From positions 73,929,582 through 73,993,581 of the forward strand of contig NC_068988.1 of the NCBI RefSeq assembly GCF_001194135.2: a stretch of DNA of 64,000 nucleotides, read 5' to 3'. The stretch comes from Octopus bimaculoides. Lineage: Eukaryota. The notes beneath the pieces are model-generated. The model ran no database searches. It saw only the letters and a program-made list of their open reading frames with translations, and had not been told where the DNA came from. The translations under genes and the position numbers were made by a program. Of the stretch, positions 36,001 to 48,500 are shown one piece after another. Numbering within the stretch: the first letter of the stretch is position 1; the number at the start of each line of letters is the position of its first letter.

Positions 36001-39000
36001 NNNNNNNNNNNNNNNNNNNNNNNNNNNNNNNNNNNNNNNNNNNNNNNNNNNNNNNNNNNNNNNNNNNNNNNNNNNNNNNNNNNNNNNNNNNNNNNNNNNN
36101 NNNNNNNNNNNNNNNNNNNNNNNNNNNNNNNNNNNNNNNNNNNNNNNNNNNNNNNNNNNNNNNNNNNNNNNNNNNNNNNNNNNNNNNNNNNNNNCGTTGC
36201 CAGTGCCGCTGGACTGGCTCCTGTGCAGGTGGCACGTAAAAAACACCATTTGAGCGTGGCCATTGCCAGTACCGCCTGAATGACCCTCGTGCCGGTGGCA
36301 CATAAAAGCACCCACTACACTCTTGGAGTGGTTGGTGTTAGGAAGGGCATCCAGCTGTAGAAACTCTGCCAAATCAGACTGGAGTCTGGTGCAGCCATCT
36401 GGTTCACCAGTCCTCAGTCAAATCGTCTAACCCATGCCAGCATGGAAAACGGACGTTAAACGATGATGATGATGACTTCTTTACATGAAAGTTGTGACAT
36501 TTGAGCAAATTTGTTGGCACTTAGTGCTTTGAAGTCATATGGAGTAAGAGATGCCTCACTTGAAAAACAGTTAAGGATAACATCAAGAAGGACATCCATT
36601 TGTAAAACATATTTTTCTAACCTGCATTTACATAGGAAAATGGATCTGAAAACAAATAAGACAAAACTGATTGAGAGACATACCCAATGGAGCTATGTTG
36701 CTAGTTCGAGATACAATATTATCTAAAGAAGGAGCTGATGGCCTTTCTGTTGCCAGTATATTAGGATTCATCATCCTTTGAGGCATTCCAGTGTTGCCAG
36801 CAGGATTGGGACCAGGTATAGCTGGAAGAGATGAAAGACAATAAACAATATTTGCATATAGCAGATATACATACAGTAAGATCACAACAATTAACTTGAA
36901 ATAAATCTCAAGCTTTACAATACCTGTCTAGGTGGGAAGTGATTCAGTGATAATTGCACAGTAAATGGAATTCATGAATTATATCATTAGCAAAATTTCT
37001 TGCTGTTGGCAATGTGTCTTTAGAAACAGTAAATTATCCCCTAAAATACTAAATTAGGCAACTTCACTTTTACAGGACTAAATATAAAATATTCAACAGA
37101 AAAACTACAGAGATGAATTTAAATTTAAGTTTCTCCATGACAAAAGTTTCTAGCTACAAATTACTTCTAACATCAAAATATATACTCTATATACTGAAAG
37201 TACCAATCTTAAAAACTAAAATATATTTCTAATGATCTATCAAACACAACAAGCTGTATATTTGAAATGTATGACATTGCTTATACAACAACCATCAGAA
37301 TTCTTTATGTGATGATAGCATCATATAACATTCAGAAAAATCTGTCTGAATGTAGTATTGCAACAAGAAAACTAGTGAAGCAAGTAAAAATTTGGTTTTC
37401 ATTCAAAATCACATGCATGAAATACAAACTGCACATATTTATGTACCAAAAACTATGCTGTTTATGTATACATTTGTATGTACAGATACCTTAGGAATGT
37501 TGAAACATTAACACGCACACACACACACACAAGGATAAATAAAAGCATTTGTACCTGCTTGAGAGTTGGGTATTAAATTATTCAAAGTAGCAACTGGTGC
37601 TGTAGTTCCTTGTAGTGATCCACCTGGAATATTTATGGCCCCTGAAGTGGCAGCTAATGACATAGTCTAGTAATTAAACAAAATAGAGTAAATGCATTAA
37701 AGTTCAACATGAAGTTTAAAAGAAAGAAGAAAATTGCAAAACATCAAGTTCAACATATTCTATTGATGGCTGAAAATGTTTTATAAATTAGAATGTGCCC
37801 AAAGTGATAGCGCAAACAGAAAAATGACACAGAAATATCAGTATGAGAGATTGTTGAACAAGATGTGTAAAGAGAATAAACTTACTTAGGAGGAACAAGC
37901 AGAAGGGATAGCAGTAAAGATCACAATGAAAATGTTTAGCAAGATCTCTATCAGAGATAGAACCCTATCAAACCACCTGTACCCACCCAAACTGACCTAT
38001 TCATATTTTAATGAAAATTTCAGCAAAAATCTCATTAGTACATTTGTAAAAATACGATTTCACTATGTAAGCAATTGAGTTACATTGTCTGACATTATTT
38101 TACAGGATATGTGGGTGCTATGAATTTTGGAGATTTTTTCTCCATTTTTTACTCATTTTGATTTTCTGAAATGTTTCACTGTGGACAAAAGCTGGATACC
38201 AGTTTTATTGTCAAGCAGTATTTTTGAAAGAAGGCATAGAAGACATAAACTGCAAACATAAAAATCACACATGTGTGATTATGAATTGGATATTTCTTTT
38301 TGAAAGTGAAACAATGTTGACAACAGTTCTGATAGCAATAGCAAAAAAAAAAAAAAAGAATTTGTACCTGAATATAGCAAGAATTTAAAAACTGCTTTTC
38401 TTCTTTTTTTTTTAGAAAGATATTAGACCTAGCCACAGTCTTTTCAAGGAAATGAAAGAAAAAAGATGGTTGTGGTTTACCACATACTTGAAAGAAAGTT
38501 AAGAATTCAAGCGTTTTTAGGAATATTGTGTGTGTGATATATATATATATAAATACGATTTATAAATATTTTTTTAAACTTTAACTTGTCTTTATTTTTT
38601 ACTTACCTGTAAGATGTGGAACAAATTTTGATTAGTTTGTAATCATTATCTAAGGTGGTGAGCTGGAAGAATTGTTAGCATGCCATGGAAAATGCTTCGT
38701 AGCATTTCTTCCAACTTTATGTTCTGAGCTCAAATGCTGACAATTGACTTTGCCTTTCATCCTTTTGCAAGTTGAACACTGAGGCTGATGCAATTGACTT
38801 ATCCTATACCCCAAAATTGCTGGCCTTGTGCCAAAATTTGAAATCATTATTATATGTATTTTGTGCATTTATGTATGCGTGTTAGTTTATTTCATTTAGT
38901 TGATGGCATGCATTTCATTGCTTAATTTTCTTCAAAGACAAATTCCAGTATTTTGTTGTTTTACCTTTATGATACACCTATCTTATATATATTAAGTTCA

Positions 39001-39480
39001 ATAGATAGATAATCCAGTAATTTGCACAATTTTTCTATAGTAAAATTTTGTAGTATACCCATTTGAACATTTTCTATGCTGATGTTTAAACAACATTTAA
39101 GTAATTTTATACAATTAAACCTTGGGAGAGGCATTATGCCGGTAATAAACACACACACTGGTTCAGTCCTTTATTAATTTATATAGTTTTTTGTTAAATT
39201 ATTTCATTGCACTCTTGCAATCTCTTCAGTAACTTGTCTCTCCACTTCCATTTATTTTGAATGTATGATATGGCGTTGTTTTGAAACTGTTCGGTATGAG
39301 CATGTGAGTGTGTGCAAGCTCGTATGTGTGCAAGCTCGTATGTGTGCACGCTCATATGTGTGCACGCACTTATGTGTTCGTGCTTATATGTAAGTATGTG
39401 CGTCCATATGTGTGTTTGTAACAACTTCGTTTATATCAGATCAGATAGAGACTTTGGACTTGGTTTTGGTTTCCTTTCTG

Positions 39481-39523
<43 letters not shown>

Positions 39524-42500
39524 AGGTTTAATTGTATTTCTTTCAACACACGTATCCACATCAAGAATCTTGCACACGAAATACACATACGAAAAAGTAA
39601 TTTTATGTTTTGAATTTACCTGTAAATAGATTCATTTTAAGACAAAAATTATGAAGTAGATTTGGTTCAGAACCTTTTGTTGAACTGTGTTCTAAAAATC
39701 ACAATATGTTGATTAATAAAATAGAGTTGTTTTATGAAACTTGTCTAAATTCATGATTATTTTAGAATATAATTGAAAGAAGGGGTATATTTTTGCTAGA
39801 ATTGTAATAATGCAAAGGTTAAGAGAGTGTAATCAAGATGTTGAAATCATCACTGTGTAACACGACTTTTGTCCTAGGGTAGCAACTGTTATTTCCTATT
39901 TGCTTATGTCTAGAGAGTATGAAAAACGGCTAATATTTCCTTCAAACTTTGCTTTTGCTATGATATTTATTCACACCCCAAAGAATCTCTCTCAACACAT
40001 GGCTATGATGCTCCCCTACTACTGCTCAAAATCAGAGATCCACATATTGTCAGCAACTAAGAGATGTGCTCAAGTGGTTAAGGATCAAGTAGTTAAAGAC
40101 AGGCAAATCTGTGGTATTGGGCAGAATATTTGCTATTATGATATTTCTGAAATTTAGCAATTTTCATTGGGAAAACTGGTGAATTTGAACATTCTTGTTT
40201 ATGCAAAATAGGAACAAAATGACATATGATTAAAAAATAGCATTTACTTATTCTAGGATTACATAAGAGAGATCATAACAAATTTAAGAGTAGTTTTTCC
40301 TGATTTACACTTATACTGTAAATTACTTATACTGTAAATCCCACAAATATAGTCTCCCATCATGTTTTCATTATACAATCCTTAGTAGTGGCATTCAAAG
40401 TCCAGTATATCCTGTGGAAGCACTCGCCTTGCTCCTCTGAGTACACCCCTATATTCTCCTTGAATTTATCAAGATGGGCATTTGAGGAAATCAATTTCTT
40501 GTGCATCAGTAGACTTTTTGGCTCCTGTGCATCTTCTGCATACAAACATTGCTTCCTTTTATTCCACTACACCTCTTGTGAGTCCATAGCTACATGGGTA
40601 CACTGAATGAAATTTCTGCTTACACCCTTCTTACATATTATTGAGCAGGGCCATTTACCTGAATTCTCATTTACATACAACTAGGCTATTTTGGCTAAGC
40701 TGGTAACATAAACCAGGAAATTTCTCAGCCAGTTGCAGCTGGGTTAGTAACGAAAAGAAGGGTTTGCTGCTCTTCCTTATGGCCTTTGAACATGCAGAAC
40801 TGCCATCATTATCACAATATCTTAAATAGATTCAATGAGTTACAAAGTTTAGTAGTTATGAGGCATATGGAAGTAGATGTCTAGGAAGTACTGTTACTTA
40901 TTTAACTGTCTATGTGAGGGTGGGCACATTTGCTGTCTTGCACAATTATCTGGGACACCTCATTACCACTATTTATCTCTTTGCAGCTGATTCATTTCTC
41001 AGCCATGTAGCTCCTCTACAAGAACCTAGTCAGCCCCATCCCCTTCTCTCATACCTCAACCTTCACCCATCAGCATAAAGCCCCTCCCTTCAGGTTTTGT
41101 AAGTTTGTGAGCTGCATGGTGACCTCACAGGTACCAGTGGCATGAGAAAAGCATCGAGTATACAATATAATGTAGTTGGCATTAGAAAGGGCAACCAGCC
41201 ATAGAAACCATGCTAAAGCAGACACTGGAGCTTGATGAAGTTCTTGGACTTGTCAGACTCGGTCAAACCACCCAACCCATGTCAGCATGGATCATGGATG
41301 TTAAATGATGATGAGTATAAGCTGGATTTGGAACTGAAGAAGTGATCAAAGATGTTAGAGAATTGGTGTTGAGGTAAAAGCAGTTCTCTACCTGTAGGTG
41401 CCAAACAATTTTTATTTTTACTTTGTTGATATAATACAGCTTTTCTTCTTTTCAAAACAGCTAGGTATTTCTTGGTACCAAAATGCCACATATTTGAAAG
41501 TTAATTCAGCAAAAACAACAGCCACCGATGCATTAAGTAATTTTATGAATAACTTTGTTAAATGTTAAATGCAATTAAACCTTGGGAGAGGCATTATGCC
41601 GGTAATAAACACACGCACTGGTTCAGTTAAATGCGATACTTATTTATTCACATTGTTTTGAATTAATCATGCATTATTTTATAGCTTCAAGGTTTCGATG
41701 ATGTAATTGCTTATTTTGAGGATGACATTGTCGAGTAAGTGTGAGAGGCCAGAGCTGGCTGGTTTGATCATAAAACATGTAGAATGCTTGGGCCTGATAT
41801 ATGGCTGGGTTAAATGCTAAAGAATTAACCATCAAATATTAAAGGGTGCAAGAAACCTCAAAGGAGTGAAAACCTCAGTAAAAGGTTAAGAGCCACTATG
41901 TTTGAACATCTCTAATGTTGTGGTTTCCTGAAGTAGGCTGCTTAAATTGGCATGAGTTTTAATTTGCATAACAAATGGGTGAAATGGAAGAGGATAGTTG
42001 AGATGTTCTCAACAAGAAACTGCTGATGACTAGTTTTTGAAAGCCATAAAGGTAGGTAATCTTTGTTATCAAGATAGACAAGTATGACGATAAATCTTTT
42101 GTAACAATTATAGTAGATTATATCTTTGAAAAGGTGGAAAGCATATTTGAGTCAAAACCAAAAACAGGTGTGGTAGGTGAGAGGACATGTCCAGCAAACT
42201 TTAGTTTGGTTCTGTATTTTTCCTTACGCTTTTCAGGTTTCTCAAGATTGAATAAAAAGTTTTATTTAGAGGAAGAAAAAACACTTACTGTTGCTGTGTT
42301 ACCCAAGCCACTTTCATTCTGAGCATTCACTGAAGGTAATAATGGAGGAATCTGACTGGAATCCCTGTGAAGCATTGCCTGTAGAATAGCCGACATAATA
42401 AATTTGAATAAAATCAAACAAATCAAGATAAATCTATTTATAATGCAACACAACTGTTCTTGTCTAAAAAGCACCAGCACTGAAAGCAGATGTCTAGAGT

Positions 42501-45500
42501 TTTAATGGGTATTTCTTAAAAGAGCATTTGCTTTCAATAATACTATCAATATGTATATGTATGTATATATGCACATGCATATATGAGTAAGAGTGTGTGC
42601 ACACGTATATATGTGTACTTATTGTTTACGTATCATAATTATAAATTTATTGTATTTGTAGTAAAACTTTCTTTTACCATACTCTGTTCACAACAAATAT
42701 AGATACAACTGACCACCACACCATCTACTTTATAGACACAGACATCTGATTCTATATGTTTGTATATTTGTAATTGTGTGTATATGTTCCACATGCACAT
42801 ACATGTATATATGTAGATACATGTGCATCCACATCTAATTATTTATGTCAGAAAATACTGCATGATTATATTTGTTTTTTATTTATTTTATTTTTGCTGC
42901 TGTTCGTCTGATACATATATCCATGCATGTGTGTGTGTGTACATACACATGTATGAGTATGTGTGTGTATAAATCCATATATATGTGAATATACGTGTAA
43001 ATGCATTTGTGTGTCCATATGCTTTTCAAAACTGCATCCGGTAGTAGCACCTGTCAAGGTCCCAGCTGTGGACTAAATAGTAAGTGAACCACAGGGAGTT
43101 CTATCTTCAGTGTGTCACTGACAAAAAAAACTTTCAATCAAAAAATCACTTTATGTTAAATCTGTTGCGAGGGAAAAGTATTTGAGAAGAGACAATTTGC
43201 TGAGCAACAAGAAAATTAAACTTGGACATATAGTTGGTGCAAGATATTTACGATAATTATTGAAGAGTTATATGTGAGATTAAGTTCAGTTATTAATAGC
43301 TTTGTACTCAATAATTTCTGTCAGAATAATGTATAGTTCATTGAAATTTTTAAATCAGAAATTTCTTTGCCAAAGAAATTATTATGGCATCTAAAAACAA
43401 CTGAAGAACAGGTCAACCTAAATGTAGTGTAAATAAAAAGAGATTGATAGTCCAAAATACACATACTAAAATTACAAAACAATTTGAAAAAAGGAAGATA
43501 TTGAGTTTAAAAGATCTGAAGATGGCTAGCAGCAACTGCTTAGCAAGTTGTAGGGATCTCTTCAAAGAAATGGCTGCAATGACATGCAAGGATAAGAATT
43601 CAGTATTATTTAGGCATTACAACCAATGGATACAAATGTACAGACAGTAAAACAATATTTAAAAGCAACTATTACATTAATGTATTAATTTTTGTACTAA
43701 TGGTTATGAACAGTTTTTAATATAGGTACAAGGTTGGCACGAGATAGAATAACTGATAAAGCAGTAGTCACAATGAAAAGTAAAAATTATTGACAGTATT
43801 AATATAACAGATTTCAAAATGGAAAAAATGTTAATACAAACCGTAGCTACTTGTGGTTCAACAATCTGCATAACAATCTGAGCTTGAAGCAGAGCATACG
43901 CTAGCTGTGGATTTTGTAATAACATATTTCTAGCCTCATTTGGATTGTTCTGAATGCAGAGCTAAAGGAAAGTAGAATTAAAACCTTAAAATATTGAAAC
44001 AATAACATGAAACTCAAGAAATTATGAACAATCAAAATATAAAGTTGAATATACAGGGAAAAATAAGTAGAATATGTATAGAAAGAACAAAATAGAAACT
44101 TAGAATAATTATACATGTAATACATAAAGGGCTCAGTTGGTGTCACTGTTAATCTCAATTGGCCAGCCAGAGTGAGGTGCATCTTGAACAGAAAATAATT
44201 TCTTGATTGAAATCTTGTAAACTACTTCTGGCACACGTCCCATAGGAACATCCTCTTAGTACACAGCACATACATTCCTGCAGATTTCCACCACTTTCTT
44301 GTTTTTTTTAAAATAAAATAGCATGAGGTGTTGATAATGTTTGTTTGGGTTCTCCATTTCCAGGGTGAATCCAAGTACACAAGTTTGCAACAAACTACAT
44401 TGAAGTGTCTAGTATCTAACGAGTAAGCACACACAAAGGACAGACTGAAGTTAGCTACTTATTAGAGTGCTTGAAGTTTAGTTGCGACAAAAACCAACAT
44501 TTTAGCCAACCCAATACATGTGTGTGTGAAGGTGCATGGCCTAATGGTTAGGGTGTTGCATCCACAGTTGCTAGATTGTGGTTTCAATTCCTGGATCAAG
44601 ACACTCTCATGTTGCCCTGCAATCACTTCCACACCTAATGTGTGGTACACTGCACCTGTTCAGGAAACATCAATTTCATGGAATGAGTGAGCTAATGAAC
44701 AGTACATACATTTGAGCTAATGTTCAGGACATACATTTAATCAAAATAATGAATTATTTGTACACATCATTCAGCAAAACAAAATACTGATATATTATTA
44801 CTATTATCACCATTTTCTAATGTCCACTATACAGTATGTATAATGTTGCCAACAAATCACCTGCTCACTTTGGACTTTTGAAGATATAACTAAAAAAACA
44901 TATAGAGAACTAGTGACAAGAAGAGCATCCAGCTGTAAAACAATGACTCAACAATATATTCATCTCACTAATGTCTCACAGAAATAATTTGATATAAAAA
45001 AAAGATATTTTTCACCTCAATCTGAAACAATTTTGAGTATGTGCATATATATATATTTATATGCTCTAGAGTGTGTTATGTAATTTTCCATTCTGGAATG
45101 AGTTTAAATAATGTCATCACCACCACCACCATGATTCTATACCTGCTTCGTGGTCGATACCTTGCTGATATATTCATGGTTTCTATAACTAATATCAACT
45201 ACAGTACAGAGTATATTTGGTGCAATTTATTGTAGCATCAATAATAGTCTGTCCTCAGCCAAACTAAAACATCTTTTTAACATTACACTGACTCTCCCAC
45301 AAATGACTTATTTGCAAGACTAACTTCAGAAAATCCATTCACTAAGCATTTATCATGGCACCAGCACTAATTGTTTTGTAGTCTGCAAGGCTAAAGAGTC
45401 TTCACTACTCTAGGCTTCCCCAATCATTCAAGATGGTATGAACAAGAGAATCCAATGCCATCTTTCATTACAAAAATGGTTTTGTGCAGTGACTGTGGAG

Positions 45501-48500
45501 TGACTGTTAAGAGTGATGGGAAGATTGAAAAACTCTAGTGTCATCCCTAGATCCACTGTTGTCTCTAGTTACAAGGGCAGTAAAGTACAATGAACAGGAA
45601 AGGGTGAGGTGGGGAGAATGTAACAGAGAGAGGAGATATCGAAGAAGTGGAAAGGGGTCAAAATGAACATTAATTACATTAACTTCACACAATTATTCCT
45701 ATTCCCCTGTCTAGATAGCCTCTGCTGAGAGCTGCCTTTCTCAAACTAATGCTTATTTTTGAAATGTTCAAGGTTAGTGCTGGCAGATGAACAGAATGAC
45801 TGCTTTTATGAAAAAATGTAGTAAAATGACTTTGATAATGAATTACAGTGACCTCTTTATCAGGGTTGGTGACTTTAATACTATGATGGGCAATACAATG
45901 ATGACTTCTCTTGCATAACTGAAAGCAGTAGATGTGGTACTGGAAAAGAAGAAAGAACAAGGCTCTTGGACACAAATGACCTATTTGCAAGACTAACTTC
46001 AGAAAATCCATCTGATCACTATTATTCAGGTAAATATACAAATTAGAAAGACTACATGCTCATCAGCAAACAGGGTAGACAAGTTTTATTTTCAGTTATT
46101 TCTAATGTAGTAGCTAGTACTTATCCTAACCAACAGAAGAGGTCACTTTCTAACTTTCTACTACCAATATTTAAAACAGTCCATAACCATTAATACATAT
46201 TAATGTGGTAGATGCTTCTAAAATGTTGATTTATTATTGGAAGACCTGCACTTATTGACTGTAATACTTAAAAACTGAATATTTGAGAAAAACGTGGTCC
46301 TCCAACTCATCTATGAGGACAGTAACTTCAAGTAAGAACTGACCTGTCCTGTCCATGGCAGCATGGAAGGCAGATATAAAATGATGAACTGTTGTAGTTC
46401 AATGTCTCAGGTAAAAACCTGGATGAAGTCACAAAGGGATGCCTGTCTTAGACAGATGGATTAGACAAAAGATTTAATTCATTTTCTGATGAGAGAGACT
46501 TAAATGAGATGGGATATAATCCAGTAAAGACACGAGTTCAATCCTACTCTATATATATGTGTGTGTACATATAAGGCATTTGAAACTACTTAAAGAACAT
46601 CCATAGTTAAACGACAAAAGATAATTTTTTTAATAGTCAAATCAACGTATATTAATGCAATAATAACTCAGAAAACAAAGATGAAAAAATAACAAAAAAT
46701 ATTAGAGAAAAAAACTCACCTTCATCTGTTTCATTAATTCAAACATCTGCTCTGGAGGAAGACTGGCAACTGCTTTTGATATTGCTTCTGGTGCCTTTTC
46801 TGGTTCTACTTGGTCCCCATAAGGACTCTGCAAAGTTATCCATCATTATGAATATTCTTAAAACAGTCATTAAAATACAGTAAATAAAAAGATGTAAGTG
46901 TTAAACAGTATTAATTAATGGTGCATTGCAACAATCTTATTGACATTTCTTTCATTATTTTCGTAATATTAACATTTGTTTCTAATATAGGAATAACCAA
47001 TGAGTTTTTTAAGAAAAAGTTATAATATTTAAATCTTTCCAAGAAACAGGCTTGTCTGCTGAGAACATACATTAATGCAATGCTAACATTAATGCATTAT
47101 TAACTCTTAAATTTCTATAGTGTTTTGTCTATGTAAATTTAATCCTGTTAGAAACTAAAGATTTTTAAGAAAATGCAATTAGTCCAGTATAAAAATCATA
47201 AAAATATAACTGTTGCATGAATATGAATGAAACTTGGTGATAGGATGTAATGATTGTTGGTGTACATTATGAATATGGCTTTTACTTGTTATTGTTGACT
47301 TTACCTGTCATCATGTCACTGTTATCTGACCAGATAAGTTGAATACAAGTAAGCTGACAACAAGTAGTGTGTTTAGATATATTTATAAAATACCTATTCC
47401 TAGGCATTGATTTCCTGTCTCAGAGTTGAATTGTAGTCTCTGTACTGTGGAAGCTGCACAACTCCTATTAGACAAAAATCATACCAAGATATGTCTTCAT
47501 CTCTTCTATAGATGTAATGAATGTGGTGTTGCCTTTCAATGCATATACCTTGTAATCTCATCATTCAAACTGAAAAAAATTTCTTCAGGAAAATCTTAAA
47601 GAAAATACTCAATGAGCTTTGCTTCTCAGTTCAAAGGCTTTATAGAGCTTACATCACTAACAAATGCATCACTGTATCCAATATAAACTATGGAAACATA
47701 GGAGATGTAGTGGAATCATGGGCAGGCTATCCAGAAATGTGAGCTCCATAGAAGCAAGTACTACAGTCACCAACATAGCAAATGGCATTAGACACAGTTC
47801 TGGAATTTTTTATCTCTTATTTGTTTCAGTCACTGGATATAATTACATACAGTAGCTCTACTTTGATAAATACAGTACAATATGAAAAAAAAATCAGTTA
47901 TTTAGAGAATTTTTCATAATGAAATATAGATTCAAATAAAATATGCTGAAACATTTTCCAAAAATTTATTGCTTATAAATTTAAAGAAATACACCTACAT
48001 GAAACAAATGTTTCATATGAACTTCTAGAAGATATTAACACATACTATTTGCAATTGTTTTTGGAGTGTTAGCACTTCATACTGACTGACTGATACTTTG
48101 AATATAACAAAAGTCATATCTCTTAGATGATAGAATTTACTTACAAATGCCAACAAGCTTTCAGAGCAGCCTTCTGTTTAAGGCTCTTTCATCACACTAT
48201 TAAAGAATTCCTTGATTTTTCTTCAATATTATGTCTCCATCAAGTATTGCAAATACTTACAGTTAGATTTTTCTCTTTTTAAAAACACAAGTAATGGCAA
48301 AATATTTAGAGAGAAATAAAGTTAAAAAAATACAAAAAACCCAACTCACTTCAACAGGAGGCCCACCAATAGCTTGTTGCATACTCTTCAGTTCTTCTTT
48401 GTTTTGTTCACCAGCAGCAACACCCACACGCAGTGGTCGCCCATTGAAGTCATAGTTGTTGAGGTTACGCATGGCACTTTGTGCTGTTTCAATGTCTTGA

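Noticed and set aside
43050-43080. Possible 15-nt microexon (cag|CTGGGACCTTGACAG|gtgcta)
   Set aside because: The donor is very weak; such matches are expected by chance.
47280-47330. ATGATGA (C-box-like) on minus in a CSTF2 intron, suggesting a snoRNA
   Set aside because: No D box (CTGA) or terminal stem at a suitable distance downstream.
47630-47800. Possible cassette or poison exon in the CSTF2 intron (GAT|GTAAGC donor on minus)
   Set aside because: The candidate acceptor has no polypyrimidine tract, and there is no homology or expression evidence.
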